From NCBI GenBank assembly GCA_028879995.1, contig GCA_028879995.1_4895.1: 52,495 bases of DNA; one strand, given 5' to 3'. The position numbers were made by a program, and so were the translations under genes. This document shows, in pieces, positions 29,813 through 38,596 of this stretch. Origin of the DNA: a phage. The notes under the pieces are model-generated. The model was not told where the DNA came from, ran no database searches, and saw only the letters and a list, made by a program, of their open reading frames with translations. The stretch's first letter is position 1. Each line of letters starts with the position of its first letter.

Positions 29813-30697
29813 TTATACGGCCATTTGGAGTTTGATGTTTGGCATTGGTTTGTACTTCTCAACCATTGGCGTAACATCGGCAGGAGTGAAGTCAAACACT
29901 GACACGTCGTAAATTGCGTTAATGTCAGGACGACGTTCAAAGTTAGTGTCCAGTGTAGTATCAGAATTGCTTACGATACGTTGCAGGAAAATCTTTGCCG
30001 CATCGATATGATTCTGATAGATATGATAATCACCCAGCGTAACAGTCATGTCGCCAACACCAGTACCCAGCTCAGCAGCAATGGTAATCTGCAGCATTTG
30101 ATGCAACAGAATATCGTGAGGCAGACCAAGAATAACATCCGCGCTACGCATGTGGAACATCAGCTCTAATTCATTACGGTTGTTAATGAACAGCTGAAAA
30201 CCATGGTAACAAGGCGGAAGGGCCATGGCGTCCATCTCTTGTGGGTTCCACGCCGTAATGTACGCCCGGCGGTCAGTAGGCTTAACCTTCAGCGTTTCAA
30301 TAACGTCTTTAAGCTGGTTAGTAAGAACACCATTCTTATAGAAAGGCTTAATCCATTGTACGCCGTACACAGGACCTAAGTCACGATTGTCTGGCGTACC
30401 CCAACGTTTGTTTGCGTCCTGCAGGTTACCTTCCCACCAGTTGCAGCCAAAGCCTTTTAGCGTGTCGACGTTTGAAATGCCGTTGATAAAGCAGTAAAGC
30501 TCAGCAGCAACAGCTTTGATGTTAACAGGTTTAAACACCGGCACCATCAGTTTGTTATCGTTGAAAGCCAGCTTAAACGCTGTACCAAAACAACGGCGTG
30601 TACCAACACCTGTACGGTCTACAACATCCTCGCCTTTACGCAGGATAAAAGAAATGATGTCGCTGTAAAGAGAATCGACAGTGCTGTATGTTTTCAT
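29813..30697 (-). CDS. Thymidylate synthase-family pyrimidine C5 transferase, predicted dCMP-specific (hydroxymethylase or methylase)
   Basis: ThyA motifs DRTGVGT, DLGPVYGVQW, DRRAYITAWNP, MALPPCY, RSADVILGLPHDILL, GDYHIYQNH; the Asn of E. coli ThyA PFNIAS is Asp here (LPHDIL). Confidence 0.7.
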   Translation of the reverse strand: MKTYSTVDSLYSDIISFILRKGEDVVDRTGVGTRRCFGTAFKLAFNDNKLMVPVFKPVNIKAVAAELYCFINGISNVDTLKGFGCNWWEGNLQDANKRWGTPDNRDLGPVYGVQWIKPFYKNGVLTNQLKDVIETLKVKPTDRRAYITAWNPQEMDAMALPPCYHGFQLFINNRNELELMFHMRSADVILGLPHDILLHQMLQITIAAELGTGVGDMTVTLGDYHIYQNHIDAAKIFLQRIVSNSDTTLDTNFERRPDINAIYDVSVFDFTPADVTPMVEKYKPMPNIKLQMAV

Positions 30698-31290
30698 TAA
30701 AACAGTTCCTTTTGAGCCGGGTTAACGTGTGCGTCGATGATGGCCTGGATGTCAGGTGCTTTCCATCCTTCAGGTTTAACAATGTCCTGGCCAGACTTAT
30801 GCTTACTGTTGCTTGCATCAGGCTTAGCACGTTCTTTCGCCATGTTAGCAGCTTGTACCGCATCCCATGCAGCGTCAAGTGGCCAGTTGTTGTTTGCGCA
30901 CCAGGTAATCAGGTGGATAATTAACTGGGCCAGACGGTCGCAATGAGTGTCTTCAGTATCCTTAACGTATACAATAAGGCCATCAGCATCGAAACGGTCC
31001 ATAAATCCGCATGGCGTAGTTAACAGAATCGGATACTCAAATTCGTTGGTGAACCATGCAGTCTGGTCATACAGGTATAACGTACCTGCAGCAATGTAAA
31101 TTAAATCTACAATACCGTCTAAGAAGCCAGCTTTGTCGCCGTCTTTCTTAGCTTGTTTAATTTCTTCCATCTCCTCAATAAGACGGTCGTAACGAAGCTT
31201 GAACTCAGGTTTACCGCCTTGACTAACAGGCTTGAGGTCAAACTTCTCATGAAAAGCGGTAACGCCTGCAGCAATTTTACTGAATCGCAT
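30697..31290 (-). CDS. MazG-like all-alpha NTP pyrophosphohydrolase (candidate dCTPase/dUTPase)
   Basis: 197 aa, N-terminal EExxE-type helical motifs (HEKF...RLIEEMEEI...DLIYIA); TAATG-coupled to the ThyA-family gene; RBS AAGGAG. Confidence 0.45.
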   Translation of the reverse strand: MRFSKIAAGVTAFHEKFDLKPVSQGGKPEFKLRYDRLIEEMEEIKQAKKDGDKAGFLDGIVDLIYIAAGTLYLYDQTAWFTNEFEYPILLTTPCGFMDRFDADGLIVYVKDTEDTHCDRLAQLIIHLITWCANNNWPLDAAWDAVQAANMAKERAKPDASNSKHKSGQDIVKPEGWKAPDIQAIIDAHVNPAQKELF

Positions 31291-31675
31291 TTCGTAACTC
31301 CTTACAAACAGTTTCGATAAACTTACGTTTAATTTCTGTAGACCAGATAATATGACGAGCCTGTTCTAAAGTGTCCCAACGTTCTTTACCCACAGGAAAG
31401 GGAACAATGAAAAGGCCGGTACGGGATATGCGCTTGATAAACGGGAATTTACAGCGCATGGTTGTTTCAAACTTGATAAAGTTTGTTTGCACATCGCGTG
31501 TAAACTTGACCTTATCAAATTCATGTTCAAGAGTTTGAGCAATGTTGCATACTTCCTGGAAAGAAGATGCAGGCAAGTAATCTTCGCGGCCGACGGTGTT
31601 CACGTAGTCGATTTGGCCCTCTAGCCGAAGTATCCAAATCCTGTAATAAGCTTCAGCAACACGTTGTAGGTTCAT
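31277..31675 (-). CDS. Hypothetical protein
   Basis: 132 aa; first gene after minus promoter 31702-31730. Confidence 0.4.
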   Translation of the reverse strand: MNLQRVAEAYYRIWILRLEGQIDYVNTVGREDYLPASSFQEVCNIAQTLEHEFDKVKFTRDVQTNFIKFETTMRCKFPFIKRISRTGLFIVPFPVGKERWDTLEQARHIIWSTEIKRKFIETVCKELRNAIQ

Positions 31676-31701
31676 TGTATCTCTCCTCTAAAAGATAACT
31701 T

Positions 31702-31730
31702 ATTATACCACATCACTCTCTAGTGGTAAA
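31702..31730 (-). promoter_or_regulatory. sigma70-like promoter (minus) TTTACC-N17-TATAAT
   Basis: Plus-strand attata at 31702-31707 and ggtaaa at 31725-31730; spacer contains CCAC...GTGG inverted repeat. Confidence 0.55.
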
Positions 31731-31749
31731 GCACTTTTTACGCTTCTGG

Positions 31750-31783
31750 TAAAAATAAAAAGGACCAGCGTTAACTGGTCCTT
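31750..31783 (-). terminator. Intrinsic terminator (minus strand) ending the transcript from the 32870 promoter
   Basis: 8-bp stem AGGACCAG/CTGGTCCT followed on the minus strand by TTTTATTTTT. Confidence 0.65.
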
Positions 31784-32353
31784 TTGGCAGGGTGGCGTAA
31801 GGAGATACAAGGCATCGTAACTATGCAACCAGGCAGCGCATATGAGATTGGCCAAAAGACTTACCATTTTAATCCCCGCGACGAGACGAAAAAGGAGGTG
31901 TCATCGAGTAGCCAATCACATATGCGTTACTTGCTGTGTGCTCTCACCGCGGAAAGCATAGAGCGTTGCACTTATCACACCGATGGAGTGGCAAAAGCAC
32001 ACAGCAAGTACAACCTTAGTTGTGGTGTCTTAGCACCTGAGTTATTGTGGATAACCTGCACCCGACGGGTGTCAAAAAGATACGCCAAAACACCACAACT
32101 AAAATTATGACCGCCGTCTACACCAGGCGCCTGGGGTCAAGGTAGCGAGCCAATACCCTTTTCAGCGTCGGAGGAATCGAACCTCACACATCACGGCTTT
32201 TACCAAATCTCGGTCAGCGAGCAGAATTGAACTGCATTCACTGGACACCCTCACTGTTTCAACACACCAGGCTTAATTGATTGTTGATAAGAAGAGAGAT
32301 GTAAGGATGTCCATTGAATGCACCTCCGTAGAGGTGCGTTCAGATCAGCGCTA

Positions 32354-32821
32354 TTATTCAGCAACTTCTTCGTTGTCGCCTTCGATCGCGCCAGCCAGTT
32401 TAGCAGCTTCAGCTTTAGCAGCTTCTGCTTTCTGGCGAGCTTTTTCAGCTTTCTCTTCAGCTTTGCGGATCTGCTCAGCAGCTTTCGCTTCGGCTTTTTC
32501 AGCTTTGATGCGAGCACGCTCTTCAGCTTTACGCTGTTTTTCAGCGGCTTTAGCAGCATCGCGTTCTGCTTTAGCGGTATCAACACGCTTAGCCAGAACT
32601 TTACCAGTGGCTTTACGCCAGTAGGTCAGCTGGGAAGAAACAGTACCACGGGACATTTCGGTAGTGGCAACAACTTCGTCCATAACGTCAGAGCTGGACT
32701 TGCCTTCTTCATGGGCTTTATCAGCCAGGTCCCATACGTAACGTGCGCCAGTACCAGCTGCCGGATACAGTACGCCGTTAACTTCTTCTTTACCAGTTAC
32801 AAAAGTCAGTTTCTCGCTCAT
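32354..32821 (-). CDS. Lys/Ala/Glu-repeat protein, possible histone-like DNA-binding protein
   Basis: ATG 32821 with RBS GAGGA; C-terminal 80 aa are AKAAEK/KAEE repeats; promoter 32870-32898 upstream. Confidence 0.4.
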   Translation of the reverse strand: MSEKLTFVTGKEEVNGVLYPAAGTGARYVWDLADKAHEEGKSSSDVMDEVVATTEMSRGTVSSQLTYWRKATGKVLAKRVDTAKAERDAAKAAEKQRKAEERARIKAEKAEAKAAEQIRKAEEKAEKARQKAEAAKAEAAKLAGAIEGDNEEVAE

Positions 32822-32869
32822 AATTTTTTCCTCGTCTACAGGGCTTAATGTTTGTTCGTTACGTGAGTT

Positions 32870-32898
32870 AATATACGTCATTTAAAAGAGTGTGTAAA
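32870..32898 (-). promoter_or_regulatory. sigma70-like promoter (minus) TTTACA-N17-TATATT
   Basis: Upstream of the Lys/Ala/Glu-repeat protein gene. Confidence 0.45.
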
Positions 32899-32927
32899 CA
32901 CCTTTTTTAAACTTTTTTCATTAGTGT

Positions 32928-33155
32928 CTAGAAAGGCACATCATAGTCAAAAAGTTTACATCCGGAAGACAGAACTGCCGGCGGTGGTGTTTTGCCTCCG
33001 GATAATAGACAACCTCCTGCCTGAAAGCTACGGCAGTTTGCACAGCTCATATCCTGCAGGTATATAATAAGCTGTCGGCGAACATGCCGTGGTAAAGCTT
33101 TAGCCTGGGTTGCTACCCGTTCAAATAGTTCTCTGTCATCGAGCGCCATAGCCAT
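32928..33155 (-). CDS. Small Cys-containing protein
   Basis: 75 aa with CANC...GGC...GC; overlaps the helicase stop. Confidence 0.3.
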   Translation of the reverse strand: MAMALDDRELFERVATQAKALPRHVRRQLIIYLQDMSCANCRSFQAGGCLLSGGKTPPPAVLSSGCKLFDYDVPF

Positions 33156-34806
33156 TTCCCCAGTCGTAGTTCATGATTTGTGGGTAGGGTCGTTTAATCC
33201 ATACCTTGATGCGCTTAGGAATAGCTAGCTCACCCTTACGGCGAATAAACTCATCGCATGTTTCAGGCGGTTCTGTTCCTGCAGCATTACGCCACCAGGC
33301 GTCTGCCATTTGCTTAGCATTACCATGGGCCTCTATATTTACCCATGTTGTATACACTTCCAGGTTTGAGTAGTACACAACCTTTATACTGTCAGGTCGT
33401 CCCTGCTTCTGGAATAAAGAATAGTTTACCAGCGTAACATCTTTATCCACAACACGAAGCTGACCGTTAGTCATTACCTCTTCTTCTGATGAAGTGAAGG
33501 CAATAGCAGGTCCGTTAACTGTAAACTCAAACTCATGCCCGCACATCGGATATACTCCATTCTCGTCTGGCGTACTTCCTTTAGCCGGATGCTTACACGT
33601 ACGAGCAGCATAGCCGCTTACCTGGTGGCAGATAGGACACTCTTTACCGCCAGGTGTTTTCTCTGACCGTTTCTTTTTCTTCTTACCAAGACGTGGCGGA
33701 ACAGCCGGGTCGTCAATAGGTCCAAGGTCAATGGTGTTAGACGTAAAGTCCATAACAAGACAGTCATGCTTGCCAGGCGCTGTACGTAATCCTCGACCGA
33801 GTATCTGCACCCACAAAGCAACAGACTTGGACGGGCGCAAGATGCCGAGCATATCAATCTCAGGATAGTCAAATCCTGTCGTCAATACGTTTACGTTTAC
33901 ACAGACCCGTGCTCGTCCGCTTGTAAACTCTTCCAGTGCGGCTTCACGTTCTTTCTTTGTAAGACCGCCATGCACAACTACAGTCTGCCAACCTCGCAGA
34001 TTAAACTCGTCTGCTATGTTGTGGGCGTGCTCAACACTTGTGGCAAATACAAGAACGTGGTTCCTGTCTTTACCGTAGTGCATCATCTCACGAATAGCCG
34101 CGACTGTTATACTATGTTGGTTGGCTACCTTCTCAAGCTCTGACGGGATGTAGTCACCCATCCTTTCACCAACATTACTGGTGTCAATCTTGGTTAACAC
34201 TTTCTTGTTGACCAGGCGTGACAGGAAGCCTTCATTTACCAACCTGGTGAATGCGTCAGGTGTTGTAAGGTCATAGCAGATGTCGGTAAATATACCACAG
34301 TCCAGCAAGTGGCCACCTGCAAGGCGATATGGAGTTGCTGTGAGTCCTGTTACCTTTACCTTAGGATTAAGCTCTTTGAAGTGAGCAATAACCTTACGGT
34401 ATGTTGTTTCAGACTTCTCAGGAACAAGATGGGCTTCGTCAATGAATATAAGATTAAACTTACCTGCTTCTTCCAGGTTCTTAATAATTGACTGTACCGA
34501 TGCTACAACGATACGGCCTGAAAAGTCTTTATGTCCTGCACCTGAAGAGTATATTGATACTGGTGCTTGTGGCCAGTGACGAACAATCGCTTTGGCGTCT
34601 TGTTCAACCAGCTCCTTGACGTGAGTCAGTATAAGAATACGCTGACGTGGATAGCTGGTAAGAATATCCTTCATCAGCATACCAAGCACAGGTGATTTGC
34701 CTGAACCTGTTGGCATGACAATAAGTGGGTTACCACTATAAGAATTGAAGTACGACCACCAAGCTGTGACCGCTTCTTGTTGATACCAGCGAGCTTCAAA
34801 AGCCAT
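33136..34806 (-). CDS. SF2 DEAD/DEAH-box helicase with C-terminal Cys-rich domain
   Basis: Walker A MPTGSGKS, DEAH (FIDEAHL), LTATPYR, TTGFDYPE, QILGRGLR; C-terminal CPICH...C...C cluster. Confidence 0.8.
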   Translation of the reverse strand: MAFEARWYQQEAVTAWWSYFNSYSGNPLIVMPTGSGKSPVLGMLMKDILTSYPRQRILILTHVKELVEQDAKAIVRHWPQAPVSIYSSGAGHKDFSGRIVVASVQSIIKNLEEAGKFNLIFIDEAHLVPEKSETTYRKVIAHFKELNPKVKVTGLTATPYRLAGGHLLDCGIFTDICYDLTTPDAFTRLVNEGFLSRLVNKKVLTKIDTSNVGERMGDYIPSELEKVANQHSITVAAIREMMHYGKDRNHVLVFATSVEHAHNIADEFNLRGWQTVVVHGGLTKKEREAALEEFTSGRARVCVNVNVLTTGFDYPEIDMLGILRPSKSVALWVQILGRGLRTAPGKHDCLVMDFTSNTIDLGPIDDPAVPPRLGKKKKKRSEKTPGGKECPICHQVSGYAARTCKHPAKGSTPDENGVYPMCGHEFEFTVNGPAIAFTSSEEEVMTNGQLRVVDKDVTLVNYSLFQKQGRPDSIKVVYYSNLEVYTTWVNIEAHGNAKQMADAWWRNAAGTEPPETCDEFIRRKGELAIPKRIKVWIKRPYPQIMNYDWGNGYGAR

Positions 34807-34832
34807 TTAACGTCTCCTCATTAACTACATAT

Positions 34833-34861
34833 ATTATACCACTTCCTTGTGGTGATGTATA
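34833..34861 (-). promoter_or_regulatory. sigma70-like promoter (minus), -10 TATAAT with upstream TGG, -35 TATACA
   Basis: Immediately upstream of the helicase ATG; spacer holds CCAC...GTGG inverted repeat. Confidence 0.45.
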
Positions 34862-34864
34862 CTT

Positions 34865-35743
34865 TTATTTTAAGGAAAGTTTAACGGGCTTCTCATCCTG
34901 TGGGAAGACATCAGCAGGGCGATACTCATCGCAAGCCGCTAATTGCTCTTCGATTGTTTCGAGCTCTTTCTGGTGCTTGTTGCAGTACCACACTTTGCCC
35001 TGAAGCGGTTTACTGTAATGGCAGGTTCTGCAGTTCCTGTCTGGCATTGCTCCTTTGTGGCACAGGTGATGGTATTCGCACATCCCTGGCTTGCACTCCC
35101 ACCAGATAGGTGATTCAGAAATCTTCGGCATATCCAAACCAGATTCCGCATATACAACAGCCTCCGCTTTACTCAGCTGTATGTCGCTTTCCAGTAAGTC
35201 AATCTCGACCACCTCAAAATACATCTCATCAGTGTTCTTGTTGATTGCAATATACACAGCTTGATTCAGCTTAAGCTTCCGCATGTATACCTGCATCTGG
35301 GCGTAGTGTACCGGCTTACTTGCTTTAACAGACTTGAGCTTGACTAACTCTTTAAACGACTTATCGCCATGCGTCTTGAATTCAGCAAGTGCCCATACGC
35401 CTTTGTATTTGATCACACAGTCACAAGACCCAGAGAATATGCCATTGAATTCATGTATGCGCCATTGCTTACCAGTCTTAGGATTGACGTCCAGCACTTC
35501 GTCACATACGGAACGAAGCCACTTTACAATTCTGCTTTCTTCAAGGTTACCGCGTTCAAACAGACGAAGTTGCTTAGCCGTAAACTTCTCCTTGAACGAC
35601 CAGTGCAGTACATGCCAAAGATAGCGATAGCAGTTGTGCCCTATCTGCGATGCTCCAAGATGCCCGCGTCGTTCTTCTCTTTCGTGGGCTTCGACTATCT
35701 TGATGTCAATACGTTTCTGCAGGTCGTCAAACGGACTGGACAT
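34865..35743 (-). CDS. PD-(D/E)xK nuclease, Cas4/RecB-like with Cys cluster
   Basis: ATG 35743 with RBS GAGGAG; D...EFK core, QxxxY motif (HYAQMQVY), N-terminal Cys plus C-terminal C...C...C cluster. Confidence 0.6.
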   Translation of the reverse strand: MSSPFDDLQKRIDIKIVEAHEREERRGHLGASQIGHNCYRYLWHVLHWSFKEKFTAKQLRLFERGNLEESRIVKWLRSVCDEVLDVNPKTGKQWRIHEFNGIFSGSCDCVIKYKGVWALAEFKTHGDKSFKELVKLKSVKASKPVHYAQMQVYMRKLKLNQAVYIAINKNTDEMYFEVVEIDLLESDIQLSKAEAVVYAESGLDMPKISESPIWWECKPGMCEYHHLCHKGAMPDRNCRTCHYSKPLQGKVWYCNKHQKELETIEEQLAACDEYRPADVFPQDEKPVKLSLK

Positions 35744-36212
35744 TGTTAAACTCCTCAACACTGAATTCATCGTACACAATATTATGTGCCCACAAATGAG
35801 CGACGGCATTTGCCATGCTATCTTTCCATTTGGATTGTGAAGCTGTATGTGCCAATGCAACTACACGTACCAGGTTAAGGTTGGCTATCAGCATGTCAGC
35901 GCAATGTTCGCACGGCGGGTAGGTTATGTAGATGGTAACCGGGCCTAAAGAAGGAGTGTCTAACTCGCTCCTTATATTAGCTAAGGTGTTTATCTCGCTA
36001 TGAATAGTTAGAGCGTTCTTGAGGCTATTAGGCACTATTCTTATAGAGTCTAACTGCGTAGGCAGACCGTTATATCCAGTGGAAATAATACGCTTGTTCT
36101 GGTCCACAAGAACGCTACCGACTTGACGTTTCGGGTCCTTCGACCAGCTTGCAACTTCACAAGCTATACGCATAAACCGCCTGTCCCACTTGTCCATCTT
36201 CTTCTTTTGCAT
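35727..36212 (-). CDS. dCMP deaminase
   Basis: Zinc-binding HSE...PCEHC motifs and a dCMP-deaminase-like N-terminus (WDRRFMRIA.EVA.WS). Confidence 0.8.
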   Translation of the reverse strand: MQKKKMDKWDRRFMRIACEVASWSKDPKRQVGSVLVDQNKRIISTGYNGLPTQLDSIRIVPNSLKNALTIHSEINTLANIRSELDTPSLGPVTIYITYPPCEHCADMLIANLNLVRVVALAHTASQSKWKDSMANAVAHLWAHNIVYDEFSVEEFNNVQSV

Positions 36213-36235
36213 GGTAGTCTCCGTATACGAAAATA

Positions 36236-36249
36236 GGGGCCGAAGCCCC
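36236..36249 (-). other. GC hairpin GGGGCCGAAGCCCC (copy 2)
   Basis: Identical 14-mer to 29791-29804; between SSB-like gene stop and dCMP deaminase start. Confidence 0.5.
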
Positions 36250-36273
36250 TATTGAATATCTACTCGGCAGGGA

Positions 36274-36819
36274 TTATTCTTCCCAAGGAGCTGCTGCACC
36301 GTCGTCAGCACCAGGTGCCGTTGCAGTAGCACTCGCCTTCGTTGAAGTACCCGCACCTACACCTACTTTCTTCGTCGTCGATGCAGTTGCTTGAGAATGA
36401 CCGCCTACTGCAGTAGTTGCTTCAGTTGACGCTTTGTATTCGCGAATATCGTTTTGTGGGTCGTACTCACCGGTCTTGTCGATACGAACACCAACTTTAC
36501 CAGCTACAATACGGTTTTCTAGTAAGTCGGTAGAAGTCAGTTCAACAATACCCAGCGCACGACACAGCGCAGACAGTTTGCGATGACCGATTTCAACAGC
36601 TTGTGCATTAGGGTTGGAGTAGGTAATCATGTCAAATACAACACGGTTAGCGAACTCACCTTCTTGCACTTTCAGACGCAGGGACAGGTAAGAACCAGTG
36701 CCTGCTTTAGTCGGCTTCAGCTCAACCTCTTCAATCATGAAGTTGTACCAGCCTTTCTGGATAGGGTCAAAAGACTGTTGCGGTTCGACGGTAGAGCTGT
36801 TGAAGTTTAATTCAGCCAT
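36274..36819 (-). CDS. Putative single-stranded DNA-binding protein
   Basis: Structured N-terminal domain, then a low-complexity Gly/Ala/Thr/Ser linker and acidic tip DDGAAAPWEE (SSB-like architecture). Confidence 0.4.
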   Translation of the reverse strand: MAELNFNSSTVEPQQSFDPIQKGWYNFMIEEVELKPTKAGTGSYLSLRLKVQEGEFANRVVFDMITYSNPNAQAVEIGHRKLSALCRALGIVELTSTDLLENRIVAGKVGVRIDKTGEYDPQNDIREYKASTEATTAVGGHSQATASTTKKVGVGAGTSTKASATATAPGADDGAAAPWEE

Positions 36820-36891
36820 TGTTTGGTATCCTGTTTAAGTTTAATTTAATTTCGTTTAACGCTTTACCGGCAGCGTTCGGCCGTGATGCTT

Positions 36892-36921
36892 ATTATACGC
36901 CACTTTTTATCATGGCGTAAA
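36892..36921 (-). promoter_or_regulatory. sigma70-like promoter (minus) TTTACG-N18-TATAAT
   Basis: Upstream of the SSB-like gene; spacer holds CGCCA...TGGCG inverted repeat. Confidence 0.5.
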
Positions 36922-36926
36922 CACTT

Positions 36927-37811
36927 TTATTCGCCGGTTCCTTTCTCAGCTTGAGCGGCTTTCTTCGCCATCCAGGCTTGGTGCTTCTCTTTCGATTCGT
37001 CTGAACCGATTTTAGTAAGCTGCACGTTCGGGTCTTCGTCCTGCATCTGTTCTGCAGCTCGACCTGTCAGAAGCAGGTAACTGTCTGACTCCGGATGGTA
37101 GTACCACAGCTGGTAAGGATGATAGCCTTGTAGCTTATCATAAATCCAACCAAGATCTGCAGGTTCACGTGCGTCCAGCTCACGACCTGGTGCGTTACGG
37201 CACTTAGCTTCCCATTGGTAGTCAGGCTGGGTCTGGATGTAGCGCTCGCTGTTACCGTTGGCGTCAGGCGCAGTCATACGTAAAGCAAGCACCGCATCCA
37301 TCAGGTACGGCAACTGCTTAGGTAGCTGTTGGCCAGGCATAAGAGGTGAGTACAGCATTGCACCAGTAACCTCGTCCTTGTTCTTCTCAAGCTTGCACAA
37401 GTATGCAACGCTGAAAGGCAAGTCACGGAACTGACGCATGATGTACATCATCTTGTCGTTGGTGTTACCATACGCCTGTCGTTTGTCATTAACCTGTGAC
37501 TTCTCGTAGTCCAGACAAACTTCAGCCACATCTGACAGCGAATCAAAAATCAGATGCTCATACTTCTGCGCATCCTTACTTTCGGTAAGCCATTTGTACA
37601 AAGCCAGAATGTCGTTGAACGTATTGATTGGTGTAGAGTCGATGTCAGCGTCTGCAATCGACATCAAACCACCTTCAGCGTTAATAACCAGAACCTTGTC
37701 GTGAGGCAAGGTCTTAGCCAGGGTGGTTTTACCAACACCTGACGCGCCGTAAATAGCGACCTTAGGTCGCTTATTTTCTACGGCTTGTTTAGTAGATACA
37801 ATCTGAACCAT
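36927..37811 (-). CDS. P-loop ATPase, RecA-like (Sak4-type recombination/annealing protein candidate)
   Basis: Walker A IYGASGVGKTT near the N-terminus followed by a hydrophobic strand (VLVINAEGG); 294 aa. Confidence 0.45.
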   Translation of the reverse strand: MVQIVSTKQAVENKRPKVAIYGASGVGKTTLAKTLPHDKVLVINAEGGLMSIADADIDSTPINTFNDILALYKWLTESKDAQKYEHLIFDSLSDVAEVCLDYEKSQVNDKRQAYGNTNDKMMYIMRQFRDLPFSVAYLCKLEKNKDEVTGAMLYSPLMPGQQLPKQLPYLMDAVLALRMTAPDANGNSERYIQTQPDYQWEAKCRNAPGRELDAREPADLGWIYDKLQGYHPYQLWYYHPESDSYLLLTGRAAEQMQDEDPNVQLTKIGSDESKEKHQAWMAKKAAQAEKGTGE

Positions 37812-38041
37812 TAATGATAGTCCTCGTAAAGTGATTCTTCATCGCAGTACATACGATAAAGAGCTTCTTCGGCTTCTTCCAGGGTGTCAAACTCCTCGCC
37901 ACAGACGGAGTATTTTGTGGGTTCATCGAATGACTCGACGATGTGCCAGTCATGATGAATACCGTATGTCCACAAGTCGCAGTCGTCTTTTACAACAAGC
38001 TTACGTGTGGAACGAAATTGTGCTAGAGTATTGATGCTCAT
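37811..38041 (-). CDS. Hypothetical protein
   Basis: ATG 38041 with RBS GAGGAGAGAG; 76 aa; promoter 38069-38098 upstream. Confidence 0.35.
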   Translation of the reverse strand: MSINTLAQFRSTRKLVVKDDCDLWTYGIHHDWHIVESFDEPTKYSVCGEEFDTLEEAEEALYRMYCDEESLYEDYH

Positions 38042-38068
38042 ATTCTCTCTCCTCATGTGTATAGAGGT

Positions 38069-38098
38069 ATTATACACCACTTACATGGGGTAAGTACA
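38069..38098 (-). promoter_or_regulatory. sigma70-like promoter (minus) TGTACT-N18-TATAAT
   Basis: TGTACT-type -35 variant. Confidence 0.4.
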
Positions 38099-38101
38099 CT
38101 A

Positions 38102-38548
38102 CTATTTTACACTAACAGCTTGACACGATAGCCGTGACAAACCGAGGTTGGCTATGACGCCATCGAGCAATACTCCTGCATGTTCTTCGTTGTATGCTTC
38201 TACCCACAAGGGGATGGTGACGCCCTTCAGATGGTCGCTGTACACGTTGAACCTATATACCTGTTTGTGTGCTTTGTCAACACGTACAACAGTAAGGTTG
38301 CCATCCTCGTAAGGAGGAAGCTCAACGCCTTTCTTACTCCAGAAGTTACGGAACTCAGCACTATTAACAATGCCATGTACAACACGTTCTGTAAGCTCTG
38401 TTTTGAGGTCAGCACGTGCCTTTGTACTGATAAAGAAACGACAAGAGAAGAAAGCATTGACGTTTAGCACATCAACCGCGTACACAACGTTATGCTCTTC
38501 AGCAGTTGGTGCTTTATAAACAATATATTTAGTTTTGAACAGGTCCAT
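38102..38548 (-). CDS. Hypothetical protein
   Basis: ATG 38548 with RBS GGAGAG (tool start 38584 is GTG); 148 aa. Confidence 0.4.
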   Translation of the reverse strand: MDLFKTKYIVYKAPTAEEHNVVYAVDVLNVNAFFSCRFFISTKARADLKTELTERVVHGIVNSAEFRNFWSKKGVELPPYEDGNLTVVRVDKAHKQVYRFNVYSDHLKGVTIPLWVEAYNEEHAGVLLDGVIANLGLSRLSCQAVSVK

Positions 38549-38596
38549 AGTACTCTCCAGGGAGGAAGACTGGCGGGCTTGCACCCGCCTAAGTTA

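Noticed and set aside
31784-32110. Plus-strand ORF of 108 aa in the gene-poor region
   Set aside because: Starts at TTG inside the terminator hairpin, its first ATG (31823) has no RBS at proper spacing, and it opposes transcription of the surrounding block; likely a chance ORF.
32140-32240. Possible tRNA on the minus strand (T-arm-like GGTTCGATTCC at about 32167-32181)
   Set aside because: A 7-bp acceptor stem can be forced only with a long variable region, and the D-arm and anticodon arm do not fold convincingly (purine 37 absent). No tRNA called; covariance-model scan needed.
32277-32848. Plus-strand ORFs 32277-32624 and 32318-32848 (Ala/Ser/Phe-rich)
   Set aside because: Antisense shadows of the Lys/Ala/Glu-repeat gene; reverse-complement artefacts of its GC-skewed repeat codons.
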